From positions 40,732 to 104,731 of the forward strand of contig CAJTVJ010000001.1 of NCBI GenBank assembly GCA_910579785.1: a stretch of DNA of 64,000 nt. The letters are read 5' to 3'. Source of the DNA: an uncultured Christensenella sp. GTDB lineage: Bacteria; Bacillota; Clostridia; Christensenellales; UBA3700. Each line of letters starts with the position of its first letter. Position 1 is the stretch's first letter. Position numbers and translations under genes: made by a program. Of this stretch, positions 9,732 to 17,568 are shown one piece after another. The notes beneath the pieces were generated by a model. That model had not been told where the DNA came from and made no database searches. It saw only the letters and a program-made list of their open reading frames with translations.

Positions 9732-9888
9732 ATCTTATCTCCTAAATATATATTGTGGATTGAGAATAACGGAAAATCTTTGAAATTGTTAGAAACTTTA
9801 TCCCAACTTTTTCCCAAGAAAAACAAACGTGAACTAAACTCAACCCAAACTTTACCTAATAACAAATACAACAAATCTCCTTTGAGAA

Positions 9889-10065
9889 CTTTTTTCGACA
9901 TCAACCAGAAAAGGCAGGAAATGACGGTGCTGTCAAAACAAAAATATTAAAGTCGAGCCAGCCGTAAAATATTGCATTAAGGTTATTGAAATAAAAATAT
10001 ACAGCGATATTTTATCGGCTTTTGACAGCAACGGCAGTTTCTGCCAAAACCAATGACGAAAAAAG
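9889..10065. repeat. long imperfect inverted repeat (about 46-50-nt arms, ~80-nt spacer) between the recombinase and XRE genes
   Basis: The left arm (9889-9938, cttttttcgacat...ggcaggaaatgacggtgctgtcaaaa) pairs with the right arm (10020-10065, ttttgacagcaacggcagtttctgcc...atgacgaaaaaag). Perfectly matching blocks are 9, 3, 5 and 11 nt. Confidence 0.7.
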
Positions 10066-10205
10066 TGCTCAAATTCAAGATGCACAATTTAAGATTTTTT
10101 GATCATTGTCAAATTTTCTTAAATGAGTGTTAGATTCACAAATAAAATATAGGGAGATATTATTTAAAATTTTTAATAAAAGTGTAATAAGTTAAACGAA
10201 TGTCA

Positions 10206-10243
10206 ACAATTATATTGACAATATCAATATAATTGTTTATATT
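10206..10243 (+). promoter_or_regulatory. sigma-A-type promoter overlapped by a 12-bp perfect inverted repeat (operator candidate) upstream of the XRE gene
   Basis: ACAATTATATTG (10206-10217) and CAATATAATTGT (10225-10236) form the repeat. TTGACA at 10215-10220, a 17-nt spacer, then TATATT at 10238-10243. Confidence 0.55.
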
Positions 10244-10263
10244 AATATTAGAGGAGAAAGAAA

Positions 10264-10482
10264 ATGCAAATTTCTGAACAACTTAAAATGCTTTGCGTAA
10301 AGAAAAATATTTCACTTGCCGAGTTAGCAAGGAGATTAAACAAGACTCCGCAAGCACTTTCACAAAAAATTAATAGAGGGAAATTTACGATTGATGATTT
10401 AGAGGAAATCGCTGCGGTTACCAATTGCCATATTGAATGCAATATAATACTACAAAATGGCGAGACAATTAAATTAAATTAA
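10264..10482 (+). CDS. XRE-family helix-turn-helix regulator (Cro/CI-like)
   Basis: 72 aa with the HTH KKNISLAELARRLNKTPQALSQKINRG. RBS GAGGAG. Divergent from the recombinase. Confidence 0.8.
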   Translation: MQISEQLKMLCVKKNISLAELARRLNKTPQALSQKINRGKFTIDDLEEIAAVTNCHIECNIILQNGETIKLN

Positions 10483-10494
10483 AAGGAGTATTAT

Positions 10495-11364
10495 ATGATC
10501 GAATATATTATAGGAGATATTTTCACAAGTCCAGCACAAGTGATAGTAAATACAGTAAATACAGTTGGAGTAATGGGAAAGGGTATTGCACTAGAGTTTA
10601 AAAAACGTTATCCACGCATGTTTGAGCTCTATAAAACGGCATGTGAAAAGAAAAGATTGCAAATAGGGAAATTAATGCTTGTTAACGAACAAGATCATCT
10701 GATATTGTTATTTCCTACGAAAGAAAGTTGGCGTTTGCCGTCTAAGATAGAGTATATTGAGAAAGGATTGAAAACATTTGTGGAGAATTATACTCAAAAT
10801 AATATAACTTCAATTGCATTTCCCAAATTAGGTTGTGGAAATGGAGAACTAAGTTGGGATGTAGTAAGACCATTAATGGAAAAGTATCTGAAAGACCTTC
10901 CAATAGATATCTACATTTATTTAGGTAGTGGAGATCCAAATGAACCAGAACATAAACATCCAAAAGAAATGCAAGAATGGTTAAGAGCAAATGCAAAAGA
11001 TATGTCATTTAATGGTTTGACAGAAGATATTAAGCAAATGACATTTATGTTGCCATATGAACTTGAAATAAATGATAAAAAATATGAGGTTACATTTAAA
11101 GAAACATTAATTTTTAAAAGCGACTCTTGCGAAATAAATATTAGTGAAGATGATTTTTACGCTGAATGGGATGCAATAAGGAATAGTTCCATAGTAATTG
11201 CAGATAAGGAAAAGTTAGAATCTTATTTAATAACAGAATTATTAGCTTCACTAAATTATCTTGTAAAGATTAAAAAGTTGGATAAAGTATCTGGTAAAAT
11301 GAAAGAAGGATATCAACTTAACGAAGGCTTGGGTAGAGTCTATGCTTATAATAGTGGGGTATAG
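10495..11364 (+). CDS. darG: macro-domain protein, DarG-like ADP-ribosyl glycohydrolase (antitoxin candidate)
   Basis: The N-terminal 150 aa match the DarG/macro signature: GDIF...VNTVNTVGVMGKGIALEFKKRYP...FPTKESWR.PS..EYIE.GL...I.SIAFPKLGCGNG.L.W. A ~140-aa C-terminal extension follows. Confidence 0.8.
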   Translation: MIEYIIGDIFTSPAQVIVNTVNTVGVMGKGIALEFKKRYPRMFELYKTACEKKRLQIGKLMLVNEQDHLILLFPTKESWRLPSKIEYIEKGLKTFVENYTQNNITSIAFPKLGCGNGELSWDVVRPLMEKYLKDLPIDIYIYLGSGDPNEPEHKHPKEMQEWLRANAKDMSFNGLTEDIKQMTFMLPYELEINDKKYEVTFKETLIFKSDSCEINISEDDFYAEWDAIRNSSIVIADKEKLESYLITELLASLNYLVKIKKLDKVSGKMKEGYQLNEGLGRVYAYNSGV

Positions 11365-11366
11365 AT

Positions 11367-12401
11367 ATGACGTATGATGAGATAATTCAAAACAATGTAA
11401 ATCTTTCAAAAGTTCATTGGTGGCCTAAATTTGCTTATCATTTTACGGATATTTCAAACGCACTGAATATAATAAAAACAGGAAAACTTTTTTGTCGTAA
11501 TAGAGCTGAGAAAGAGCATGTAATGATGAATGACAATGCAAGTACCCAAGTAATTGATATGACAATGAGTGGGGCATCTTCGTATGTGCGGTTTTATTTT
11601 CGACCTATGACGCCAACACAATATCATAATGAAGGTTATAAGCATCCGCAAATTAGATATGACGAATACCGCAATGCAAATGTTCCGGTTCCTATCTTTT
11701 TTGTTTTCAATTTGAAAAAATTACTTGCAGACGAGAAAACTCAATTCGCACCAATTGGTCAAGCTGGATACGGTTCCAATAAGTATTGTGGAGTAGATCA
11801 ATTTGCAAAACTTAATTTTGAAAAGATTTATTCCATAGGACCTACTATTGATGTAGACGATAAGAAGTATAGACATGCTGAGTTGTTGTATCCAAATGAA
11901 TACTCTATAGATAATGCTTTAGAAGCGATTTACTGTCGAAATGATGCTGAACGAGCAACTATGTTGAACTCATTACTAAAAGAAGATAGAAATGCTTATT
12001 TTAAATATAGAGAGAAAATTCGCATTGGTAAGGAGAATATGTTTGAGAAAAATGGACTATTTATTGATAATGTATTAGTGAATGATGATAGTCTAGCTAT
12101 AACTTTTGCAGATTCAATAGCTAAGCGTACATATGAAGAGAAACGAATGAAAGATAAGGACTTAGAAAAATTAGATGAATTGGAGTTAAAGGTAACACTG
12201 GAGTGGTTATCTTCAAATGGTACGATTTTAGATATGGGAGATGCGAAGACAAATATAAATTATATAACAATTGGTCGCCTTCTCTTAAGTAAAATTCCAA
12301 AAGTGCCAAAGGCCAAAACATTAGCGGTAAAAATTTATATTGATGATAAACTAATAAACTATAGTATTTATACATTAAGCGAAGAAAATATTATAAAATA
12401 G
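11367..12401 (+). CDS. darT: DarT-like (DUF4433) ADP-ribosyltransferase toxin candidate with C-terminal extension
   Basis: YHFTDISNALNIIKTGKLF, VRFYFRPMTPTQY and RHAELLYPNEYSIDNALEAIYCRN resemble DUF4433/DarT blocks. The gene starts 2 nt after the macro gene. Confidence 0.65.
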   Translation: MTYDEIIQNNVNLSKVHWWPKFAYHFTDISNALNIIKTGKLFCRNRAEKEHVMMNDNASTQVIDMTMSGASSYVRFYFRPMTPTQYHNEGYKHPQIRYDEYRNANVPVPIFFVFNLKKLLADEKTQFAPIGQAGYGSNKYCGVDQFAKLNFEKIYSIGPTIDVDDKKYRHAELLYPNEYSIDNALEAIYCRNDAERATMLNSLLKEDRNAYFKYREKIRIGKENMFEKNGLFIDNVLVNDDSLAITFADSIAKRTYEEKRMKDKDLEKLDELELKVTLEWLSSNGTILDMGDAKTNINYITIGRLLLSKIPKVPKAKTLAVKIYIDDKLINYSIYTLSEENIIK

Positions 12402-12429
12402 ACAGATTTTAAAACTATTAAGTTAAGAC

Positions 12430-12465
12430 AGCCAACTACAAAATAATTTTGTAGCTGGCTTTTTA
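12430..12465 (+). terminator. rho-independent terminator after the DarT-like gene
   Basis: AGCCAACTACAAAA-taa-TTTTGTAGCTGGCT is a 14-bp stem with one mismatch, followed by TTTT. Confidence 0.75.
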
Positions 12466-12607
12466 TTTATATCTTTCAACAATGAAGAAGATAGGATAAA
12501 TATTGGGGAGATATTGGATTTTGTTTGGGTAAATTTGGGATTGAGTTTCTAACATTTTGAATTGGAATGCTGTATAGTCTAGGTACAACTGCAAGCAAGG
12601 AGAGAGT

Positions 12608-12796
12608 ATGAGAGAGATAAAATGTGTGGATAAGAATTGTAAACACAAAGTTTATGTGGAAGGTACACCTTTATTTAGCCTTATGTCTAAACAAGAAAAA
12701 GATTTATTTGTGACAATCTTGGAATTAGAAGCAAGAGATTATTATAAATGGCAGGGAAATAAAGAAGATGGGAATAAATTTGGACAACCGCCGTAA
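12608..12796 (+). CDS. small hypothetical protein
   Basis: 62 aa with RBS AAGGAGAG. No recognisable domain. Confidence 0.35.
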   Translation: MREIKCVDKNCKHKVYVEGTPLFSLMSKQEKDLFVTILELEARDYYKWQGNKEDGNKFGQPP

Positions 12797-12821
12797 AGAG
12801 AAAAAATATGAAGAAAAAGCA

Positions 12822-12850
12822 TTGACATTTGCGAACATTTGTTCTATAAT
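12822..12850 (+). promoter_or_regulatory. perfect consensus sigma-A/sigma-70 promoter
   Basis: TTGACA (12822-12827), an exactly 17-nt spacer, then TATAAT (12845-12850). It lies ~150 nt upstream of the Com-like gene. Confidence 0.7.
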
Positions 12851-13003
12851 CAAGTTCCAACGTAGGCAAAGGTTTGAAAAACAGAGTAGTCTACGCATTG
12901 AGAATACGAGAGATGATTTACTTTCGCAAAGGAGTTCCCAACCTTGCAATGGCAGTAAATTAAATACAAACTTTGCGTATTTATGGGAGAAGGAGACAAT
13001 CGT

Positions 13004-13171
13004 ATGAACGGACAAGTCAAACGAATAAAATGTCCAGATTGCCTTAGTTTTATGACAGTTACAATAGGTGCAAACGGCGAAGCAAAAGGCTTTTGCAAGA
13101 AATGTAACTCAGTCGTAATAGCAAGACAATCGTCAGAGAAAGAAAGGCTTATACGAATAGTAAGAGCATAA
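13004..13171 (+). CDS. Com-like zinc-ribbon protein
   Basis: 55 aa from the ATG at 13004 behind GGAGAAGGAG. IKCPDC...GFCKKCN is a CxxC...CxxC pattern, as in Mu Com-type small zinc fingers. Confidence 0.55.
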   Translation: MNGQVKRIKCPDCLSFMTVTIGANGEAKGFCKKCNSVVIARQSSEKERLIRIVRA

Positions 13172-13286
13172 AGATAAAAAGTAACAAATAAATAAAGTAC
13201 GTCTGTATTGCACAGATAGGTAGACAAGATCCGTAAATCCTACTCACTACAATATAGATAAGGTTCGTGCCACGGCAAAGAGATGA

Positions 13287-13345
13287 AGCCCCTACGAACA
13301 GCAACTCATAAAGGATTATGGGTTTCTGTCGCTAGGGGCTTTTAT
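13287..13345 (+). terminator. imperfect long hairpin / terminator candidate
   Basis: AGCCCCTA(cga)ACAG ... CTGT(cgc)TAGGGGCT followed by TTT. It has an internal 3-nt mismatch. Confidence 0.4.
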
Positions 13346-13385
13346 ATATGGGCAGAAATCCTAAAATTTGACATAGGAGATTTAT

Positions 13386-13694
13386 ATGATAACATTAAAT
13401 GAGATAAGAGAAGATTTGAAAGATATACGCTATTACTATTTGCGTAAGGATATGTTTGACGAAGCATACGCTTACACAGGAAAAGGAAATGATATAACGG
13501 ATAAAGTGGAAAGATACAACGAAGCTATGCGAAAGGCTTCACCTAAATTATTTGACCTATACTATTGCTTGTATATAAAAAATCATACGCAAGAGTCATT
13601 ATCGGATAAACTAGGGTATACGCCGGAATACATTCAAGTTTTGAATAAGAAGTTGCTAAAATTTCTGCAATCTGCTATTAAGGAGTCTGCGTAA
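13386..13694 (+). CDS. sigma-70 region-4-like HTH regulator
   Basis: 102 aa. The C-terminal HTQESLSDKLGYTPEYIQVLNKKLLKFLQ resembles sigma region 4. RBS AGGAGA. Confidence 0.5.
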   Translation: MITLNEIREDLKDIRYYYLRKDMFDEAYAYTGKGNDITDKVERYNEAMRKASPKLFDLYYCLYIKNHTQESLSDKLGYTPEYIQVLNKKLLKFLQSAIKESA

Positions 13695-13855
13695 TGGAAA
13701 ACTTAACGGAAGTAAGAAACAGTCAAGGCAAACTCATTTGTCGGATAGATAAACCAAGCAAGACTATTGAGATCGCTAACAAAGGTTACGTTACGCTCAT
13801 AAGTTTTTGCGACAACGGCAATATCAATGTAATAAATAAAAATAAGGCGGAGTAG
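13694..13855 (+). CDS. small hypothetical protein (53 aa), translationally coupled (TAATG)
   Basis: MENLTEVRNSQGKLICRIDKPSKTIEIANKGYVTLISFCDNGNINVINKNKAE. It is below the ORF-track cutoff. Its start overlaps the upstream stop and a terminator follows. Confidence 0.4.
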   Translation: MENLTEVRNSQGKLICRIDKPSKTIEIANKGYVTLISFCDNGNINVINKNKAE

Positions 13856-13884
13856 AACGCTAACAATAAAAAACAATAGACCGC

Positions 13885-13925
13885 AAGACGGCAAGGAAGC
13901 ATAAACGCTTTTTTGCCGTCTTTTT
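13885..13925 (+). terminator. rho-independent terminator
   Basis: AAGACGGCAA ... TTGCCGTCTT is a 10-bp perfect stem, followed by TTTTATTTT. Confidence 0.75.
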
Positions 13926-13961
13926 ATTTTGCGGAGAAAAGGAATTAAAGGAGATAAAGCA

Positions 13962-14357
13962 ATGGAAACAATAACGTATAAATTCGCAGATGGAACAACG
14001 AGAGTAGTCGAGGTGAGCGATGAAATATACGCATTATGCGAGGAAATGGAGATAGAGGAAAAGAGTTCGGATAGAAGAGAAACAAGGCGACACGTGTCAA
14101 TGGAGAGTTTAGTCGAAATGAATTTAGAGCCAACCGTAATAGACGAATATTTCAAAGAAGATATTTTCGGCAATATGGAAAATGAGGATTTGCAACAAGC
14201 AATTTCGCAGTTATTACCTACGCAAAAAGATTTGATTCGAAGAGTCTTCTATGAAGGTTATAGCGTTACAGAGATAGCCAAGAATGACGGAATCGCAGTA
14301 TGTAGCGTGAGCAAGAAATTAGAAAGAATCTATAAAAAATTGAAAAAGTTTTTGTGA
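13962..14357 (+). CDS. sigma-70 region-4 domain DNA-binding protein
   Basis: ATG at 13962 behind AAGGAG. LPTQKDLIRRVFYEGYSVTEIAKNDGIAVCSVSKKLERIYKKLKKFL is a classic region-4 HTH. Confidence 0.7.
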   Translation: METITYKFADGTTRVVEVSDEIYALCEEMEIEEKSSDRRETRRHVSMESLVEMNLEPTVIDEYFKEDIFGNMENEDLQQAISQLLPTQKDLIRRVFYEGYSVTEIAKNDGIAVCSVSKKLERIYKKLKKFL

Positions 14358-14441
14358 GACCGCCAACTTTTGCCCTTTTTCGTGGCTATAAGTGTAGGGT
14401 CTTTAACGGCAATAAAAAAAACAAACAAATCGGGAGGCAAT

Positions 14442-14663
14442 ATGAAGAAATCGTATGAGGAATTTTACAGAGTTGAGTGCAACTTTGGTAGCAAGTATTT
14501 CAAGACGTTGGATAGAGCGGTTACATACTTTGAACGCAAAGTAAATAAGGGCTTTGACGCAGAGTTATGGCTTGTAAAGTACATCTACTGTCCAAGAAAT
14601 AAGATATATTCCGCAAGTCAAAAGTTGTTGGGATATTCAGCAACTGTATTTACTGAATTCTAG
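14442..14663 (+). CDS. small hypothetical protein
   Basis: 73 aa from the ATG at 14442 behind GGGAGG. Confidence 0.4.
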   Translation: MKKSYEEFYRVECNFGSKYFKTLDRAVTYFERKVNKGFDAELWLVKYIYCPRNKIYSASQKLLGYSATVFTEF

Positions 14664-14840
14664 CGCAATACTATGAATGTTTACGGCGCAATAGCAAGAG
14701 TGATTATACGAGCGTGAAGAAACATAAAGGCGGCCGCCTACGCTAAGTAAATCAAATAAAGAGTACGAGTTGCCGTATTACAGATATATGCTGGGCTATC
14801 GGTTTAACGGGCGAAATAGAAAATCAAAAGGAGAGACGTA

Positions 14841-15137
14841 ATGGCAGATTACAACAAAGAAAGAAGATGGTTTATGCCAAACAAGCGCGCGGCGAATTAT
14901 GCAGAAGAGCGTAAGGCTAAGGTGCATACGCACGGAAGCAAGGAAGGAAAAGAACTTACCGAATACGAGAAGGGATTGAGGTCGGGATACTTGCAGTGTC
15001 AAAGCGACCACGCGGGACTTTTCCGTTTTAAGCAAGCAATGGACGCTTTTGGAGATAAAGATTACGCAAGGCAATTCTCAAGAGAGAAAGGCACAAAACT
15101 TAAAAAGAAAGATAAGAAAGACAATAAGGGGGCATAA
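14841..15137 (+). CDS. small basic hypothetical protein
   Basis: 98 aa, RBS AAGGAGAG, Lys/Arg-rich C-terminal tail (KLKKKDKKDNKG). Confidence 0.5.
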   Translation: MADYNKERRWFMPNKRAANYAEERKAKVHTHGSKEGKELTEYEKGLRSGYLQCQSDHAGLFRFKQAMDAFGDKDYARQFSREKGTKLKKKDKKDNKGA

Positions 15138-15142
15138 GAAAA

Positions 15143-15502
15143 ATGACAGAGAAAGAAAAAGCAATCAAGGTAGAAAGAGAGACTTTTGAGTACAAGGGCA
15201 AATCGTGTTATGAGTATTACATAAGCGGCGTAGTAAGAGGCAGAGAAGTGAAGATAAAACTTGCTCCGCCCAACGCAAACGACAGAGGCGGATATACGGT
15301 CTTGGATATCGTGTTCGGCAACGAGTCGCAAGCAGATTTCGTAGTCGAGCCATACGAGTTTGAGGACGCAAGCGGAAAGAACATTTCCGGCAACAGATTT
15401 CTTGTTCGCACAGTGGATGAAGAAAGCGGAGAGACCTATGAGAGCGCAATCAAGCCGGCGCGCAATTCGGACAAGACCTTGCTTGCAATGCTTATGCGTT
15501 AA
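15143..15502 (+). CDS. hypothetical protein (ssDNA-binding G5P-position candidate)
   Basis: 119 aa, located immediately before the small hydrophobic coat-like ORF. The functional suggestion rests on position only. Confidence 0.35.
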   Translation: MTEKEKAIKVERETFEYKGKSCYEYYISGVVRGREVKIKLAPPNANDRGGYTVLDIVFGNESQADFVVEPYEFEDASGKNISGNRFLVRTVDEESGETYESAIKPARNSDKTLLAMLMR

Positions 15503-15517
15503 AGGAGAGACGTTCCT

Positions 15518-15679
15518 ATGAAGAAGATAGTTTTAATAATACTTGTAATAGCAACGGTAATTTTGGTCGGGACGTGGCCGTTATCTATACTCGCAAAATT
15601 GATGGATTGGATAGCATACGGCTTACGCTTTCTTGCCAAAACGTTAGATTTCTTCGGGTGGAACGGCTTGCTGAAATAA
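15518..15679 (+). CDS. 53-aa hydrophobic protein, inovirus coat-protein candidate
   Basis: MKKIVLIILVIATVILVGTWPLSILAKLMDWIAYGLRFLAKTLDFFGWNGLLK. RBS AAGGAGAG. It is not in the ORF track (under 60 aa) and a hairpin follows it. Confidence 0.5.
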   Translation: MKKIVLIILVIATVILVGTWPLSILAKLMDWIAYGLRFLAKTLDFFGWNGLLK

Positions 15680-15684
15680 CAATG

Positions 15685-15712
15685 GGGCGTCGTTTATACG
15701 GCGCCCTTAATT
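15685..15712 (+). terminator. hairpin/terminator candidate directly after the coat-like ORF
   Basis: GGGCGTCG-tttata-CGGCGCCC forms 8 bp including one G.U pair, followed by TTAATTT. Confidence 0.4.
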
Positions 15713-15732
15713 TATGCAAAAAGGAGAACTAT

Positions 15733-17034
15733 ATGAAAGTATTAAAAACAATAGGTAACTGTTGCTTGGTGTTTTTAACGGTGTTGAGTATATGCGTAAT
15801 CATTGCTTTCGTGTACTACCATTTCTTCGTAAAAGATACAACTATTGGGGTAAACAACGTCAATGACCAACTTGCGTTAGACGTAAAGAAAGCCGATGAG
15901 TTGACGGAAGAAGAGAAGGACGAATTTGAAGAGCGGTGGTTTATGGAAGCGAGTTATTACTCAAACGCCAAGAACAACGGAGTGCAGTTGCAAGAACTGA
16001 AATACAACTATTTCACCGGCTACAATCTGACGAGCGATCAATACCGCTCAACCGGTATGCAGTATATGGGAGATTTCAATACGTATAGCAGTGAAGTCAA
16101 TAGCAAAGACGAAGCGCAGAACAGAGTTTTGAGCGAATTCTATTACTATGATACGACCAACGGCATAACGTGGAGCGGATTCAAAGGACAGTACGGAAGC
16201 GTATCTACGACTCTCAATAGAGAACAGCAGTTCATTATAAAGATAGACGACAGACCGTTTTCAATTCAACTTACAGGCAAGTATGACGTACACGGCAAGT
16301 TCTTGTTTATTAAGTACAAGAAAGGCACAGTTTACTTTGATTACGGCGACGTTTTCGACTGCGTGTTTACGGCAATTAAGTCCAACGACAAAGGCTACGG
16401 AGATTACTATATAACGCTTGACCTATCTCAGTATTTCACAATAAAAGAGTATGACACAGCGACAAAGAAATTCAAGGCAGACGATGTAACGGACGTCATA
16501 AAGAACTACGCCGTATTGAAATTCCATTATGACGAGAACGGAGCAAGAAACAGTACGCAATCTTTGTTTGGCTCAATTGCTTGCAATCCAAGTTATGATA
16601 CTGAGCAAGACAAGATAGACACAACGTATTGGCAAGAGCGTATGACCTACAATCTTGACGAGAACAGCAAGTTGAACGGCAAGGAACTGTTTGCTTACAG
16701 ATACAGCGAAGTATACGGCGGATATTTCCTTTCGCTTACTATGGACGCTAAAAAACTGTTTGCGGAAATGCCGAGAGCGAAGGTCAACGTAATGCTAGAC
16801 TTGGATTCAGAGTATTTTTCTACAAACGAAATCAATATCGTCGGTTTTGACTACAACGCTTTTGAGGGAGTGGAGTTAGACACCTTTACTGTTAAGGGCA
16901 AAGATAAGACTTTATACCTTTTGGAGAAGTCTTTGAGCAATACAAGCCTTCAAGTATTAAAGCGGAATTTCAGTATTAAGTTGGAGATTGCAAGCGGAGC
17001 AATGAACAGCGAATATAGGGAGGTGTTTATATGA
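15733..17034 (+). CDS. N-terminally membrane-anchored protein (virion/assembly candidate)
   Basis: 433 aa from the ATG at 15733 behind AAGGAGA. TM segment CCLVFLTVLSICVIIAFVYYHFF. The ORF-track start at 15574 reads through the upstream coat ORF region. Confidence 0.55.
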   Translation: MKVLKTIGNCCLVFLTVLSICVIIAFVYYHFFVKDTTIGVNNVNDQLALDVKKADELTEEEKDEFEERWFMEASYYSNAKNNGVQLQELKYNYFTGYNLTSDQYRSTGMQYMGDFNTYSSEVNSKDEAQNRVLSEFYYYDTTNGITWSGFKGQYGSVSTTLNREQQFIIKIDDRPFSIQLTGKYDVHGKFLFIKYKKGTVYFDYGDVFDCVFTAIKSNDKGYGDYYITLDLSQYFTIKEYDTATKKFKADDVTDVIKNYAVLKFHYDENGARNSTQSLFGSIACNPSYDTEQDKIDTTYWQERMTYNLDENSKLNGKELFAYRYSEVYGGYFLSLTMDAKKLFAEMPRAKVNVMLDLDSEYFSTNEINIVGFDYNAFEGVELDTFTVKGKDKTLYLLEKSLSNTSLQVLKRNFSIKLEIASGAMNSEYREVFI

Positions 17035-17558
17035 AAAATACAGTAACGTTAATAGTATTCTATCTGTTGTGTTTCGTAATTATCGTCGCTGGAGTTTTTT
17101 GCGGTATAAGGCTATACAAAGAAGTCAAGGCTGAGAGTTATATAAACGGAAGCATAGACATAAGCAACCGTTTCTCGCAAGAGAGTTTCAATTATTCATC
17201 AACGAGCGTAGTGTTTTACCACGATTTATACGACGATACGCAGACTTATACGTTTGAGAAAGAATTGTTGAAAGTAGACGACTTTGACGGCAATAAAAAG
17301 AGTTACCAAGTGGTGCTGAACGACTATGTATTGCTTAATTGTGAAATAAACGCAGGCTCGGTATTTGCGATGGTGGATATGGACTTTTACAATACCGAAG
17401 GCAAGGTAGTGAACAGCGCGAGTATGAAAATATCCGTCAAATTTTTGAGCGGAAATACGCAATTAACGCTCGCAACAACCGGAAAGGAAAACGCGTCATT
17501 CTTAGAGCAATATTTTAAGGATAACGGAATACGGTTGCAAATAATAGAAATCTTATAA
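17031..17558 (+). CDS. N-terminally membrane-anchored protein
   Basis: 175 aa with an ATGA overlap to the upstream gene. TM segment VTLIVFYLLCFVIIVAGVFCGI. Confidence 0.55.
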   Translation: MKNTVTLIVFYLLCFVIIVAGVFCGIRLYKEVKAESYINGSIDISNRFSQESFNYSSTSVVFYHDLYDDTQTYTFEKELLKVDDFDGNKKSYQVVLNDYVLLNCEINAGSVFAMVDMDFYNTEGKVVNSASMKISVKFLSGNTQLTLATTGKENASFLEQYFKDNGIRLQIIEIL

Positions 17559-17568
17559 GGAGAGAAAA

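Noticed and set aside
9753-9950. 65-aa plus-strand ORF in the integrase-XRE intergenic region
   Set aside because: It has no RBS and a low-complexity product, and it overlaps the left arm of the long inverted repeat.
12822-12834. 13-nt identity TTGACATTTGCGA between the consensus promoter (12822) and the hairpin right arm (42278)
   Set aside because: Random 13-mer matches are expected several times in a 64-kb window, and half of this one is the -35 consensus. It is not evidence of a shared regulator.
12725-13227. Several overlapping minus- and plus-strand ORFs (96, 125 and 79 aa)
   Set aside because: They cover the consensus promoter, its leader and the Com-like gene. They have no RBS and junk-like sequences.
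13703-14173. 156-aa minus-strand ORF
   Set aside because: It overlaps the small coupled ORF, a plus-strand terminator and the sigma region-4 gene. Its product is low-complexity (Ser/Ile/Leu).
15574-15732. N-terminal extension of the 486-aa ORF
   Set aside because: It reads across the 53-aa coat-like ORF in another frame and across a hairpin. The internal ATG at 15733 has a proper RBS and starts directly with a signal anchor.
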